From the NCBI GenBank assembly GCA_025594325.1, contig JANHCV010000004.1, forward strand, positions 806,001 to 870,000: a DNA stretch of 64,000 bases, given 5' to 3'. Position numbers and translations under genes: made by a program. Positions 53,609 to 64,000 of the stretch are shown in pieces. The stretch comes from Blastocladiella emersonii ATCC 22665 (taxonomy: Eukaryota > Fungi > Blastocladiomycota). The notes beneath the pieces are model-generated. The model saw only the letters and a program-made list of their open reading frames with translations. It was not told where the DNA came from and ran no database searches. The first letter of the stretch is position 1; each line of letters opens with the position of its first letter.

Positions 53609-54548
53609 GTTGACAAGGATTGCGGAAAGGAGAGAGAGCCGCCCGCGAACCAGCCGCCCGACAAAGGCTTGCCTGCCCAAATCCCCCTAGCAACGGGCCA
53701 CCCGCATCACGGGATCGGGGCGTGCGCCGCCCTTGCGACGCGTTCGACCGCGTCGGCTTGTCGTCGGTCTAGCACCACTCACACGCAAAATTGGTGGACC
53801 GCCACTCTATGCAACGCTCTTATACTGGCCTTAAGCGTTGATGGGGGTTGTTTCGGACGGTTATGATAGATCGCTGCTGAACTCGGCTTGCGCACCCACT
53901 GGAGGCCCTCGGTCCTCCCGGCTGCCCTCCCACCACCCGCCGACGCGTCCAACACGATCTCGCGAACCTCATGGTCATCGTTGAGCGACGTCGTCCATCA
54001 CCGACTCGACTCGACGAACTGGCAGCGTTTCAGGCCCACGTGGGGGACGCCACTCGGGCGCCGCATCACGCGTTTCGCCTCGCCCACCGCGCGAACCCGA
54101 AACGCGCGGCGCTCCGATCCGATTGGTCGGCACCAGGCGCCGCTGCACAGAATCCGCCCGCCTGCCTGCGTGAGGAGTTTATGCGGATCATGCAGAGGGA
54201 CAGCCCGCTGCGATGATGACTTGGCGTGAATCACGTCGTCGTCGCCGCCGAGTTGCGAGTGAGTGATTTTCGCCGTGCGTGGGCCCGCCGCTGCTGAACG
54301 TTGTGCGGGTCCCGGTCCCGCGGCGCCGCCGTCGCTGCTGCGGCTCTTGACGCCCACCCGGCGCTGCTCCGCCCCTCGACGCCACAGCCGCGTCGCCTCG
54401 CATCCCTTCTCTTCTCCCCTCCGCTGCTGCCCAACCTCGCAGGACGATCGCTTCATAGACTGGATCAGGGACCCACATCCTCCACCCGCAACTCGTCCCT
54501 CGCGCACCACCGGCACCCCGACCCTTAGACCATAGACGAACCGACACC

Positions 54549-57435
54549 ATGAAGATCAGCGCCGCCACCCTCTTCGCCTCGGCGCTCCTCATCGCCTCGG
54601 TGGCCGACGCCGCCACCGTCGCCAAGTGCCCCAACGGTGTCGCCAAGCGCCGCGACTTCCGCACCCTCAACCAGCAGGAGTGGAACGAGTACATTGACGC
54701 CATCAAGGGTGCGTTGCGCTGTCGTGCAGCTGCGGCCTCGGACTCGATCGCTAACCCGCCACGATGAACCACTACAGCCCTGCAGAAGAAGCCGTCGACC
54801 CGCTACCCCAACATGAACAAGTACGACGAGTACGCCAAGCTGCACGTCGAGCTGTTCAACGAGATCCACTCCGACTTCCGCGTACGTCCTGCTCGCCGTC
54901 GATCGCCCGCCGCCGTCCCTGAGCGACGAGCTGCAAGGGACGGCGCCCCTGTGCGCACACGCAGTTCGCCTCACTCACCATCGTCATGCAACTCGCCCTG
55001 CCCTGCGCGTAAAAATCCTGCGCCGACGCCACACCACGTGCGCTCGACCTCGACCTCGCCATGACGCGTCCGCCCATCACGTCCGCCATCACCCACCCTC
55101 CAGTTCCTCCCGTGGCACCGCAAGTTCCTCGCCGACTTCGAGGCCGAGCTGCGCAAGATCAACCCGCGCGTCGCCGTGCCCTACTGGTCCGAGACCATCG
55201 ACTTCAACGCCCCCGAGAAGTCGGACATGTTCCGCCCCGACCGCATGGGTGGGTCGTACCCCGACGCCAACAAGAACCCGACCTGCATCAAGGACGGCCC
55301 GTTCGCCGGCTACAAGCACTCGGAGTTCGGCTGCATCACCCGCGGCTTCAACATGCAGGACGGTTCGGTCAACCAGGCCACTTTTGACGGCATGGTCGAG
55401 GACGCCAAGCACTTCAACCGCGGTAACGGCAAGTTCCGTTTCCCCTCGGGCCCTGAGATCGACGCCCTCATCAAGCAGTCGCCCGAATGGGCCAAGTTCA
55501 CCGACATGGTCGAGTTCGTCATCCACCCCGTCGCTCACTACTTTGTTGGCGGCGGCGGTACCATGTACAACCAGAACTCGCCCCAGGAGCCTGTGTTCTG
55601 GCAGCACCACAGGGATGGGCGATTTCCCTTCCAACCACGCACGAAACGACGTACTAACCACCGTCCACACTCGTAGCTTCATCGACTACATTTACGAGGA
55701 GTACAACAAGGCGCACCCCGAGGCCATCAAGAAGTACGGCGACCTCATTCTCCCGGGCTGGGGCGACCTGCAGGCCGCGTCGGTCGTGAGCGCCGCCGAC
55801 CTGTGCTACGAGTACGTCGCGCCCCCGATCAACCCGGTTCCTGCTCCCGCGACGCCCACGTCGGCCCCCGCCAAGCCCACGACCACCTCGACTACGGCCA
55901 CGTCCACCACCACCACCTCGGCCAAGCCCACGTCGACTTCGACTTCGACCACCACCACGTCGACCACCACCTCGGCTAAGCCGACGTCGACTACGACCTC
56001 GACCACCACCACGTCGGCTCTGCCCACGACGACCACCGCGACCACGACCTCGTCCACCTCCTCCAAGTCCACGACCACCTCGTCCTCGTCGACGTCGACG
56101 ACGACCTCCATCATGTTCGTCACGACCCCGCGCCCCACGTCGACCTCGACCACCACCACGACCACGTCGATCTCGATCTCGACCATTCCCGGCACCACCA
56201 CGACCGCGACCACCACCACCGCCTCGTCCAAGGCTGGCTCGACCTCGACCGGCTCGTCGTCGTCGTCGTCGTCGACCTCCGCTGTCGGCACCACCACGAC
56301 CGGCGCTTCGACCAAGTCGGGCACCGCCTCGGGCTCGGCTACCACCACGACCACCGCCACGGGCTCGTCGTCCGTCTCGGCTCCCATTGCCACCGACCCC
56401 GCCTCGACGTCGTCGTCGGCCGGCAAGCCCGCATACGGCCGCAAGACCTCGTCGTCGTCGACCACCTCGACCACCACCGCCACGACCGGCACCGGCTCCG
56501 TCTCGTCGTCCTCGACCACCTCGGGCACCACCTCGGGCACCGCCACCACGACCACGACCGGCACCGCGTCGACGACCCCCGCGCCGTACGCCAAGAAGAC
56601 GTCGTCGTCGTCGTCGTCGGCCGTTCCCGGCTCGACCTCGGGCTCGCAGACGGGTACCGCGTCCACCACCGGCACCGGCTCGGCTTCCTCGACGACCGCT
56701 ACCGGCTCGCAGACCGGTACCGCTTCGACCTCCGCCACTGGCTCGGCTTCGTCGTCGACGACCGCCACGGGCTCGCAGACCGGCACCACCACCACCACCA
56801 CGACCGGCTCCGCCTCGTCGGCCACCACTTCGGCCACCACCTCGACCACCACGACCAAGGCCGGCGAGACGACCAAGCCCGCGTCGGCTACGGCGACCGA
56901 GGTCCCGATCGCGACCTCGTCGACGCCGTCGCGTCCGATCTACACGCACCCGGCGAAGCCGAACCACCCCGTGTACGTGCTCCCGACGTACGCGCCGGTG
57001 CCGCCCAAGGAGTTCCCCGGCTACGTCGTTCGCCCGATCCCGTCCAAGGACCGGTTCCTGCCGCGCATGCCCGAGAAGTTCATGAAGATGATGGGCTACA
57101 ACGCGACGCGCGTGCACGAGTGCGAGCAGCGGTTCAAGTACATTGCCAAGAAGGTCATCGAGCAGGTCAACCGCGGCCAGTACGTGCCCGCCTTCGGCGA
57201 GACCCAGGAGACCCGCGAGCTCCTCGGCACGCTGTACACGACCGAGGCCAAGGCCGACGCCAACGGCGCTGCTGCGGCTGCGGGTGCGAACGGTGGCGCC
57301 GCGCAGGTCGATGCCCAGGCCGCGACCGGCGCCTCGGGCACCACCTCGGCCCAGTCGGCCGCCTCGGCCAACGGCGCCTCGTGGGTCGTTACCGGCATGT
57401 TCTCGGCTGCCGCCGTCATGGTCGCCCTCAACTAA
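54549..57435 (+). CDS. Secreted tyrosinase-like (di-copper) protein with a Ser/Thr mucin-like stalk and a hydrophobic, GPI-like C-terminus; 3 introns
   Basis: Signal peptide; KRRDFRTL; CuA LHVE...IH-x8-H (IHSDFR|FLPWHR); PYW; CuB HPVAH...SPQEPVFWQHH; ~380 aa of Ser/Thr repeats; terminal VVTGMFSAAAVMVALN. Confidence 0.88.
55060..55082 (-). promoter_or_regulatory. Bipartite motif copy inside tyrosinase intron 2
   Basis: Minus strand reads ACGTGAT GGGCGG ACGCGTCATG. Confidence 0.4.
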
Positions 57436-57689
57436 GTCAAGCTGACGACGCGTTTTTGCTCTCTCCCATTGCACGTTCACGTTGTGATCCTCGGCCTCGC
57501 GCGCCGAGTCCGTGGTCGTCTCGCCCTTGCTCTTGTTCATCATCATCATACATCGCCCTTTTGTGCCGCTTGACTCTCGCCCTTGGTCGATCCTCGCGTC
57601 ACAGTCCAGCCCTTGAGCGTACAACAAAATTCCATATCAACGACCTCCTCCATAATAATGATACTCCTCCCGCCCCACTCTCCGCCCTC

Positions 57690-60600
57690 TCACGCGCGGT
57701 AGATATACACCTGGCTGACCTGCATAATCTTCGCCTGGTTCGGCAGCTGCGCGGTCGCCCAGACGTCGAACGCGTTAGGCCCGTGGACGAGCTCGGCGTC
57801 GACGATCGGGCCGGACCGGTAGTCAGCGGGGTCGATCGGCTTGCCGCCGAACGTCGTCGACTTGGCCCCGACCATGTGCGCGAGCACTGCCGCCGCCGAC
57901 ACCTCGGCGCCGTACTGCGGCTGCAGCACCCTGGCGTCGCGCATGATGGCGATCCCGAAGGGGACCGGCGTCTGCAGCACGCGCGCCTCGACCGAGCCGG
58001 ACGTCGTGGCCGCGGGCGCGCTCGTGGTCGCGGTCGCGGTCGCGGGGGTCGCGGACTCGCCGTCGCTCGGCTTGCCCGCCGCTGCTGCCGCCTCCGTCGT
58101 CGCGTCGGCGTCGGTCGAACCCGCCGCCGCCGGATCCGCCGCGCCACCATCCTCGACCATAGGCGCGGCCGCCGTCGCCGCCGTCGCCGCGGGCTCGACG
58201 GGCGCACTCGGCGGCGGGTGACTGAACCGCTCCGCGACGATGGTGAACGGGATGAACCGGACGAACGCGGCCTCAGCGGGGACCGTGATGGACGCGTTGT
58301 ACGAGTCGGCCGAGAACTCGAGCAGCATCGACCGCTGGGGCGTCTGCACGAGGACGAACGGGATGTACCGCTGGCCGGGCGCGAGGCCGAGGACCGTCGC
58401 GGGCGGCGGCGCAGCGGCGTCGGCCGCCGTAGTGGCTGTGGTGGTGGTCGGCGGCGACGCGACTCCCACGGCGGAGAGCGGCGACGAGTGCGCGTTCTGC
58501 GGGTGCGCCATGGTCGTCGGCGTCTGCGCCATCCCGGGGACCGGCGCGGCGCTGACCATGCCGCCGGGCCGCGGCTGCTGCTGCACCTGCTGCTGCTGTT
58601 GGGTCGCGGGCGTCGGGTACGCCTGCGCCTGCTGCTGCTGCGCGTACTGTTGCTGCGGCTGGACTGGCGCCGTGGATGGCGGCATCATCTGCTGCTGCAG
58701 CGGCTGAGCGTACTGCTGCTGCTGCTGGACCTGGCCCTGCTGCATCGGGTGAGCCGGCTGCTGCGACGCGGGGTACTGGCCCTGCTGCTGCTGCGGGTAC
58801 TGCGGCTGCTGCTGGCCCTGGTAGTACTGCTGCTGCTGCTGTTGCTGAGGCTGGACCTGCTGCTGCTGCGGGTACTGGCCCTGCGGCGCGTACTGCTGCT
58901 GAGGCTGACCGGCGTACGCCTGCTGCTGCGGATACCCTTGCTGCTGCTGGACGTAGCCCTGGGGCGGCGCGCCGGGCATGCCCGCCGGTCCGCGGGGTGG
59001 CTGCTGCGCGGCGTACTGACCCTGCTGCTGCGGCTGGACGTACTGCTGCTGTTGCTGCTGTTGCTGAGGGTAATACTGCTGCTGCTGCTGCGCCTGCTGC
59101 TGCGGGTGGCCGTACCCCTGCTGCGGCTGGATCGGCGCGTACTGCTGGCCCGGCATCAGACCCGACACCTGCTGCTGATGGGCGTGCGGGTGCGGGTGGT
59201 GGGGGTGCTGGTACCCGTCGCGCTGCGAGAGCTCGAGCGCGCTCGGCTGATGCGCCAGCGGCTGCTGGCCAGGCACCGCCGCCGCGGCCGCCGCGGCCGC
59301 CGCCTTGGTACGGCTTCGCGACGAGGTGCGCGGGAGAGCGGGCACCGCACCCGGCTGCGCTGCCGTGCCGGGCGGCAGGTTGAGCTGCGGCGGGGGCATC
59401 GGCACACCGTTCGCGGCGCTGATCGCCTGCGCGGCGGCCGCGGCGGCCGCGAGGGCCTTGCGCGAGGGCCGGCCGCGTTTCCGCTTGACAGGGATATCAG
59501 AGATATCGCCGGTGATGCCGAGCGGGCCGACCGAAATGGGCGAGGACGTGTCGATGGCGATGGATGCGGGGTCGAAGCCGGCGCCGGCGCCGCCGACGCT
59601 GAGCGAGCGGACGACGCGGTTCGGGCTCGTCGTCCCAGCGCCGGGGACGACGCCGCTGCGGCGGCGCTGGTGGAGCAGGCTCGCGTCGACAAACTCCTTG
59701 AAGGTGAGGCGCACGTCCGACTTGACGGGGACGAGCGGGAACGGGTGCGGGGCCACGGTGATGGCGAGCGGCGGGTTGGCGAACTCGGCGTTCCAGTCGT
59801 CGATGACGGCGAGCCCGTGCGACGTGATGCGCGACTCGCACAGGTGGATGTCGGTCGTCGGGTAGCCCATCGGGAGACCTACGCGGGAGGGACGACGAGG
59901 GTCAGTGGTTGGCTCGGATTACGAGGGGTTACGAATACGACGAACCGTGCGCAAAGTCCTTGACCCACATGACGAAGCTCGGGCGGGCGAGGTACGCGAG
60001 CGGGACCTGGATGCGCTCCCACCTGAACACCTCGCTCGGGTAGTAGGACTCGGCGTGCGCGTGAAAGTCCGAGTCGTAGAACAGGGTGCCCTCGACCACG
60101 ACCTCGCCGCTACACACACGCGTTCCGAGTGAGACATCACTCCTCAAATCGCAAGACCGCGTAACAAACGTACGTCGCCGTCTCGCCGGCGCCCTCGATC
60201 AGTAGCAGCTGCCCGTCGACGCCCGCGGCAAAGTGTCCAACGCGCACGGGGTGCCCGCCGACGAGCACGTTCGGGAACGCCTTGATGATCGGGCTGGTGA
60301 ACCGGGCAAACGCCTGGCGCGTGACGGCCATGAGCGTGGCCGCGTCGTTATAGATCTGCGACCCCTGCTCGTTGAAGAACATGGCGTTGGCGAGCATGCA
60401 GTGGAGGTCGTTCATGACCTCGGTGACCGAGTACTCGTGGGCGCGAGGTCCGCGGAGCCGGCCGATGATATCGGCGAGCGCCATGGGCCGCGACACGGTC
60501 GCGTAGTACTCGGGGTAGTCGACCTTGAGCGGCAGCTTGTAGAAGACGTCGGCGAGCTCGCGGCCCGACGCGTCGCGCGCGTGCGCGACCAGGTCCACGG

Positions 60601-62260
60601 CCGCGCGCAGGTCGCGGATCACGGGGAGCGCCGACGCCGGGATCGCCGCGTTCTCGGCCTCGGACTCGGCGACGGCTGCCGAAATGGCCGCTTGCGCCGC
60701 GCGCTTGCTCGGGCGGCCCGGCTTCTTTGTAGTCGGCGGCGGCGGGCGCGCGGCGGTGTCGTCGGTCGGCGAGACGGCGGCGGCAGCGGCGGCGGGTTCC
60801 GGGGCGCTGACGGGCGCGGGCGGCGCGGCAGCGGCAGCAGGCGCAGCAGGGGCGGCCGGGGAGGGCCCGACGAGCACGCCGATCCACGCGTCGTTGTCGG
60901 GGTCCGAGACGAGGTCCATGGGGACCTGCCCCGTCGCGTTCATCTGGCTGCGGTTGGCGCCGTACGTGTCGACGAGCAGGCGGCACGTCTCGACGTGGCC
61001 GGCGAACGCGGCCCAGGCGAGCGCGGCGCCCGAGTACCAAGTGTCCTACATTCGTGGTCAGGTTCAGTCGCGCGCCTTCCACCACGAGCGAGTGAGACAA
61101 GCGACGTACGGGCGCCTCAACCTCCCCGCCGTGCGACATGAGAAACTCGATGATCTGGTTCTGCCCAAAGAACGCGGCCATGTGCAGCGGGCTCCAGGTG
61201 AAGACGGCGCCGTCAAACAGGTCGGCGGGCGCGGCCATGAGCGCGTTGGGCGACACGTTGGGCCGCTTGGCGAAGGCCGACTTGACGGCCTTGAGGTTGC
61301 CCGTCTCGATGGCGGACGTCAGGCTGCGCGCCTCGTCGGCCGTGAACACCGAGTCCTGTACCGTCTTGGTGCGCTTACGGCCGCCGCCGGACCCGGACGC
61401 GACGGCGGGCGAGGCGGGCGTCGACGCCGCGGGCGACGGTGCGGCTGATGACGACGACGCGTCCTTGCGCGCCGCCGCCGAGCGCGACTTGGACCCGCGC
61501 ACGGACCGGGTGCCCGAGGTCTCGGATGCGGGTGCGGCACCGGCACCGGCAGTCTCGTCGCCGCTGTCCATGGGCGGGACGATGATGCGGGCGCGCGGCG
61601 TGGCGCCGCCGCGGGTGCGCGAGGACGACGCCGCGGACTTGGACTTGGGCGCCGCCGTCGCGGGCGCGGCGTCGGCGTCATCCGAGGCGGTGCGCTCGCG
61701 CTTGCGGGTCGATCGGGCAGACGACGCGGGCGGCGGCAGGGCAGCGGCGGCAGCGTCGGCAACGGGCGGGTTGAGGGCGGCGTCGCCGTGCTCGGCGAGA
61801 AGGCGGGCGGCGGTCTCGTCGACGAGCTTGCCGATGGTGACGGCGTCGGCGTAGACTACGGAGCGAGGGGTCAGTCGGCGCAGCGCAGCGAGGCGAGGCG
61901 AAGCGGGAAACGCACTGTCCGAGTCGGGCACGTTGTACGTCTTGCAGTTGTCAAGCATGAGGTCGAGGTCGGCGCGCATGGCGTTGAGGCCCGGGTACTG
62001 GCCCTTGTCGAGCTTGGCCTTGATCTCGCGGATCGAGATGGGCCGCGCAATCACCTCGTAGTAGTCGGGGTAGTGGGTCTTGGACGGCAGCACCGCGAAC
62101 AGCTTGGCGAGGAGCCGCCCGCTACCGTCGGGGATGGTGTGAGCCGGGCGTGACGACGACGGCGACGACAACGCCGGCGGCGGCAGCAGCAAACGTACTC
62201 GGCGCTCTTTGCGCCGCGGACCGTGTCCAGCAGCGTCTTGAGGGCCTCGCGGAGGACCAT
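57690..62260 (-). CDS. Rsc1/Rsc2-polybromo-like chromatin remodelling subunit: bromodomain - ankyrin repeats - bromodomain - BAH - AT-hook - Gln-rich - C-terminal beta domain; multi-exon
   Basis: YPDYYEVIARPISI...DNCKTYNVPDS; WSPLHMAAFFGQ and ALAWAAFAGH; YPEYYATVSRPMAL...NAMFFNEQGSQIYNDA; BAH-like HAHAESYYPSEVF...IHLCESR; KRKRGRPSRK. Confidence 0.88.
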
Positions 62261-62633
62261 GGTGGCGGCGAGCTCGATGCGGACGGGGATCGCGATGCGG
62301 GAGCGGGAGCGGCGGCGAGTGCAGCGAGTTAGGGGGGCGACGCCGGCCGGAAACGCGCGAGTGCGGGGGGCGGGGGTCGGAGGGGACGGGAGTGAGAGGA
62401 CCCGCCCGTCCGCGCCTGCGTCCGCGGCCAGCTGCCGACGCGTGTGTTTGAGCCGCGCTGCCCGCCGCCGATCTCGCTTCCTCAGCGCGAATTTCTCTCT
62501 GACTTTTGGTCGTAGGGCAGCAAGGTCTGGCATTCAATCAAAATGGAGGATATAGAGAGGGGGAGCGGGGCGGTAAGAGGGAGTGTATGGCCTCGCCGAC
62601 GCGAGCGAACGAGCGAAGGTGGGATCCGTGTCC

Positions 62634-63301
62634 TTAGTGCGGCTTGGGCTTGAATCCTATGCTTTCCGGCGCGTGCGGGAGGGTCAGCATCCTCGAAAAG
62701 CAGCAGGGCGGAGTGCGGGAACGGACCATCAACGGCCATGTTGCGCGTCACGCTCGGGATCGTCACGGTCATGCCGTCGAGCTCCTTGCACATCTGCACC
62801 TGGCACCCGAGCCGCGAGCTACACGCACACACAGCACCCTCCGTCAGCATCATACCCAGTCGCGCAGCACGCGCAGGCATACGTGTCGGTCAGCCCGAAC
62901 GCGAGATCGAGCATATCGTTCTCCTCGTCGGTCGGCTCCGGGATCGCGTCGTAGAACTTGGGCTCGACAATGACGTGGCACGTCGAGCACGCCAGCGACC
63001 CCTCGCACGCGCCCTCGAGCTCAATGTCGTTGGAGTGCGCCAGGTCCAGCAGCGAGTCGCCCTCGTCCGCGCCCACTGTGAACTTGTCGCCGTCGCTCGT
63101 CACAAACGTCACCGAGTACGGGTGGTCCACGCCGCTCGCCTTCTTGCCGTGCGCATGCATCGCCGACGTCGAGAACCGTGCCGACCACTGTGGCCGCGCG
63201 GCGGCAGAGCGCATCATCGTGGGGGCCGCGGTCGCGGTCACCGTCGTCGCCGCACGCATGGCGGGGGCCGAGAGCCGGGTCAGAGAGCGCAGCATGTTCA
63301 T
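62634..63301 (-). CDS. YAH1: Mitochondrial adrenodoxin-type [2Fe-2S] ferredoxin (2 introns)
   Basis: LEGACEGSLACSTCHV, EENDMLDLAFGLTDT|SRLGCQV, C-terminus VDG|FKPKPH*. Confidence 0.95.
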
Positions 63302-63435
63302 GGTGTTAATTCGAGTCTTGTTGTCCCGTCCTCAAGAAGAGAGAGGAGATCGGAGAACCCCGCGGGGCTCGGCGCCGATCAGGCCGTTGACCGACCATCA
63401 TGTGAGCCTCCCTCCCTGCTTCCCCTCCACCCACG

Positions 63436-64000
63436 ATGCCGCTCATCATCCTGTCCGGCTTCCCATGCAGCGGTAAATCACTTCGCGCAACGCAGCTGCG
63501 CGCGCACTTTACCTCGCCTCCGCCCACGGACACGCCGTCCTGGCCGACCGAGGTCCACGTCGTCGACGACGCCTCGCTGCGCATCACGCACGCCGACTAC
63601 GATGCGCCCGCCTCCGAGAAGCGCGCGCGCGCCGCCATGCTGTCGGCCGTCGAGCGCCTGCTGTCCAAGGACGCGCTCGTCATCGCCGACGGCATGAACT
63701 ACATCAAGGGGTTCCGGTACCAGCTCTACTGTATCGCGCGCGCGATTGGCACGCCGCACTGCGTCGTACGTTCTTCTTGAGCGTGCAGATTGGCCAGTGA
63801 CTGATCTTTGTGTGAGGGTAGGTGCACTGCGGAGCCCCCGTCGACCTCGCGCGCCAGTGGAACGCTGACCGACCGGCCGATGCGACCTACGCCTCGCAAA
63901 CGTACGCATGTCTTCATCCTCGCTGGTGGCCCGATCCTCACCCGTGTGCCCGCTAGCTTCGAGGAGCTCGTCACGCGGTTCGAGGAGCCCGACGGCAAGA
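63436..64000 (+). CDS. KTI12: KTI12 (Elongator-associated ATPase), runs off the window
   Basis: MPLIILSGFPCSGKS P-loop; VIADGMNYIKGFRYQLYC; after introns FEELVTRFEEPD. Confidence 0.92.

Noticed and set aside
57120-59963. 947-aa plus-strand ORF (also 55654-57627 minus, 32720-34471 plus and many similar)
   Set aside because: Antisense or alternative-frame shadows of real GC-rich, low-complexity genes; Arg/Gly/Leu-rich with no motifs.
1-64000. tRNA, rRNA, snRNA or CRISPR loci
   Set aside because: No recognisable T-loop/D-loop pattern, rRNA signature or repeat-spacer array was seen by eye. An Infernal/tRNAscan run would be needed to exclude small ncRNAs.

Overview
This window is GC-rich, intron-containing eukaryotic DNA. 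Introns are mostly 60-70 nt, with GTRCGY donors, CTRAC branch sites and YAG acceptors. The gene set points to an early-diverging, probably zoosporic, fungus (inference): a MYCBP/FAP174-like gene, a KAT14/CSRP2BP-like gene, an Rsc1/2-like remodeller and a fungal FAS-beta fragment. No tRNA, rRNA or CRISPR array was recognised. Layout: (1) 1.4-8 kb, REV1 and a peroxisomal ABCD transporter. (2) About 8-28 kb, an accessory zone of gene relics, small inverted-repeat elements, a Q/S-repeat protein, and a 2449-bp PIF/Harbinger transposon that cleanly splits an F-box/ankyrin ORF. (3) 28.8-34.7 kb, a KAT14-like acetyltransferase and a low-complexity protein. (4) 35.4-45.9 kb, a five-copy tandem array of an unrecognised F-box-like family, with 2 copies apparently intact and 3 decayed. 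(5) 46-64 kb, a dense housekeeping block: Dap1-like, MYCBP, an alpha/beta hydrolase, MED27, GCV3, RPP1, a tyrosinase-mucin protein, an Rsc1/2-like gene, YAH1 and KTI12. The strongest unexplained signals are the F-box-like array and a fixed-spacing motif, ACGTGAT-N6-ACGCGTC. The motif occurs 8 times: upstream of three array members, inside the transposon, and inside an intron. All family assignments are by-eye motif recognition, not database searches.
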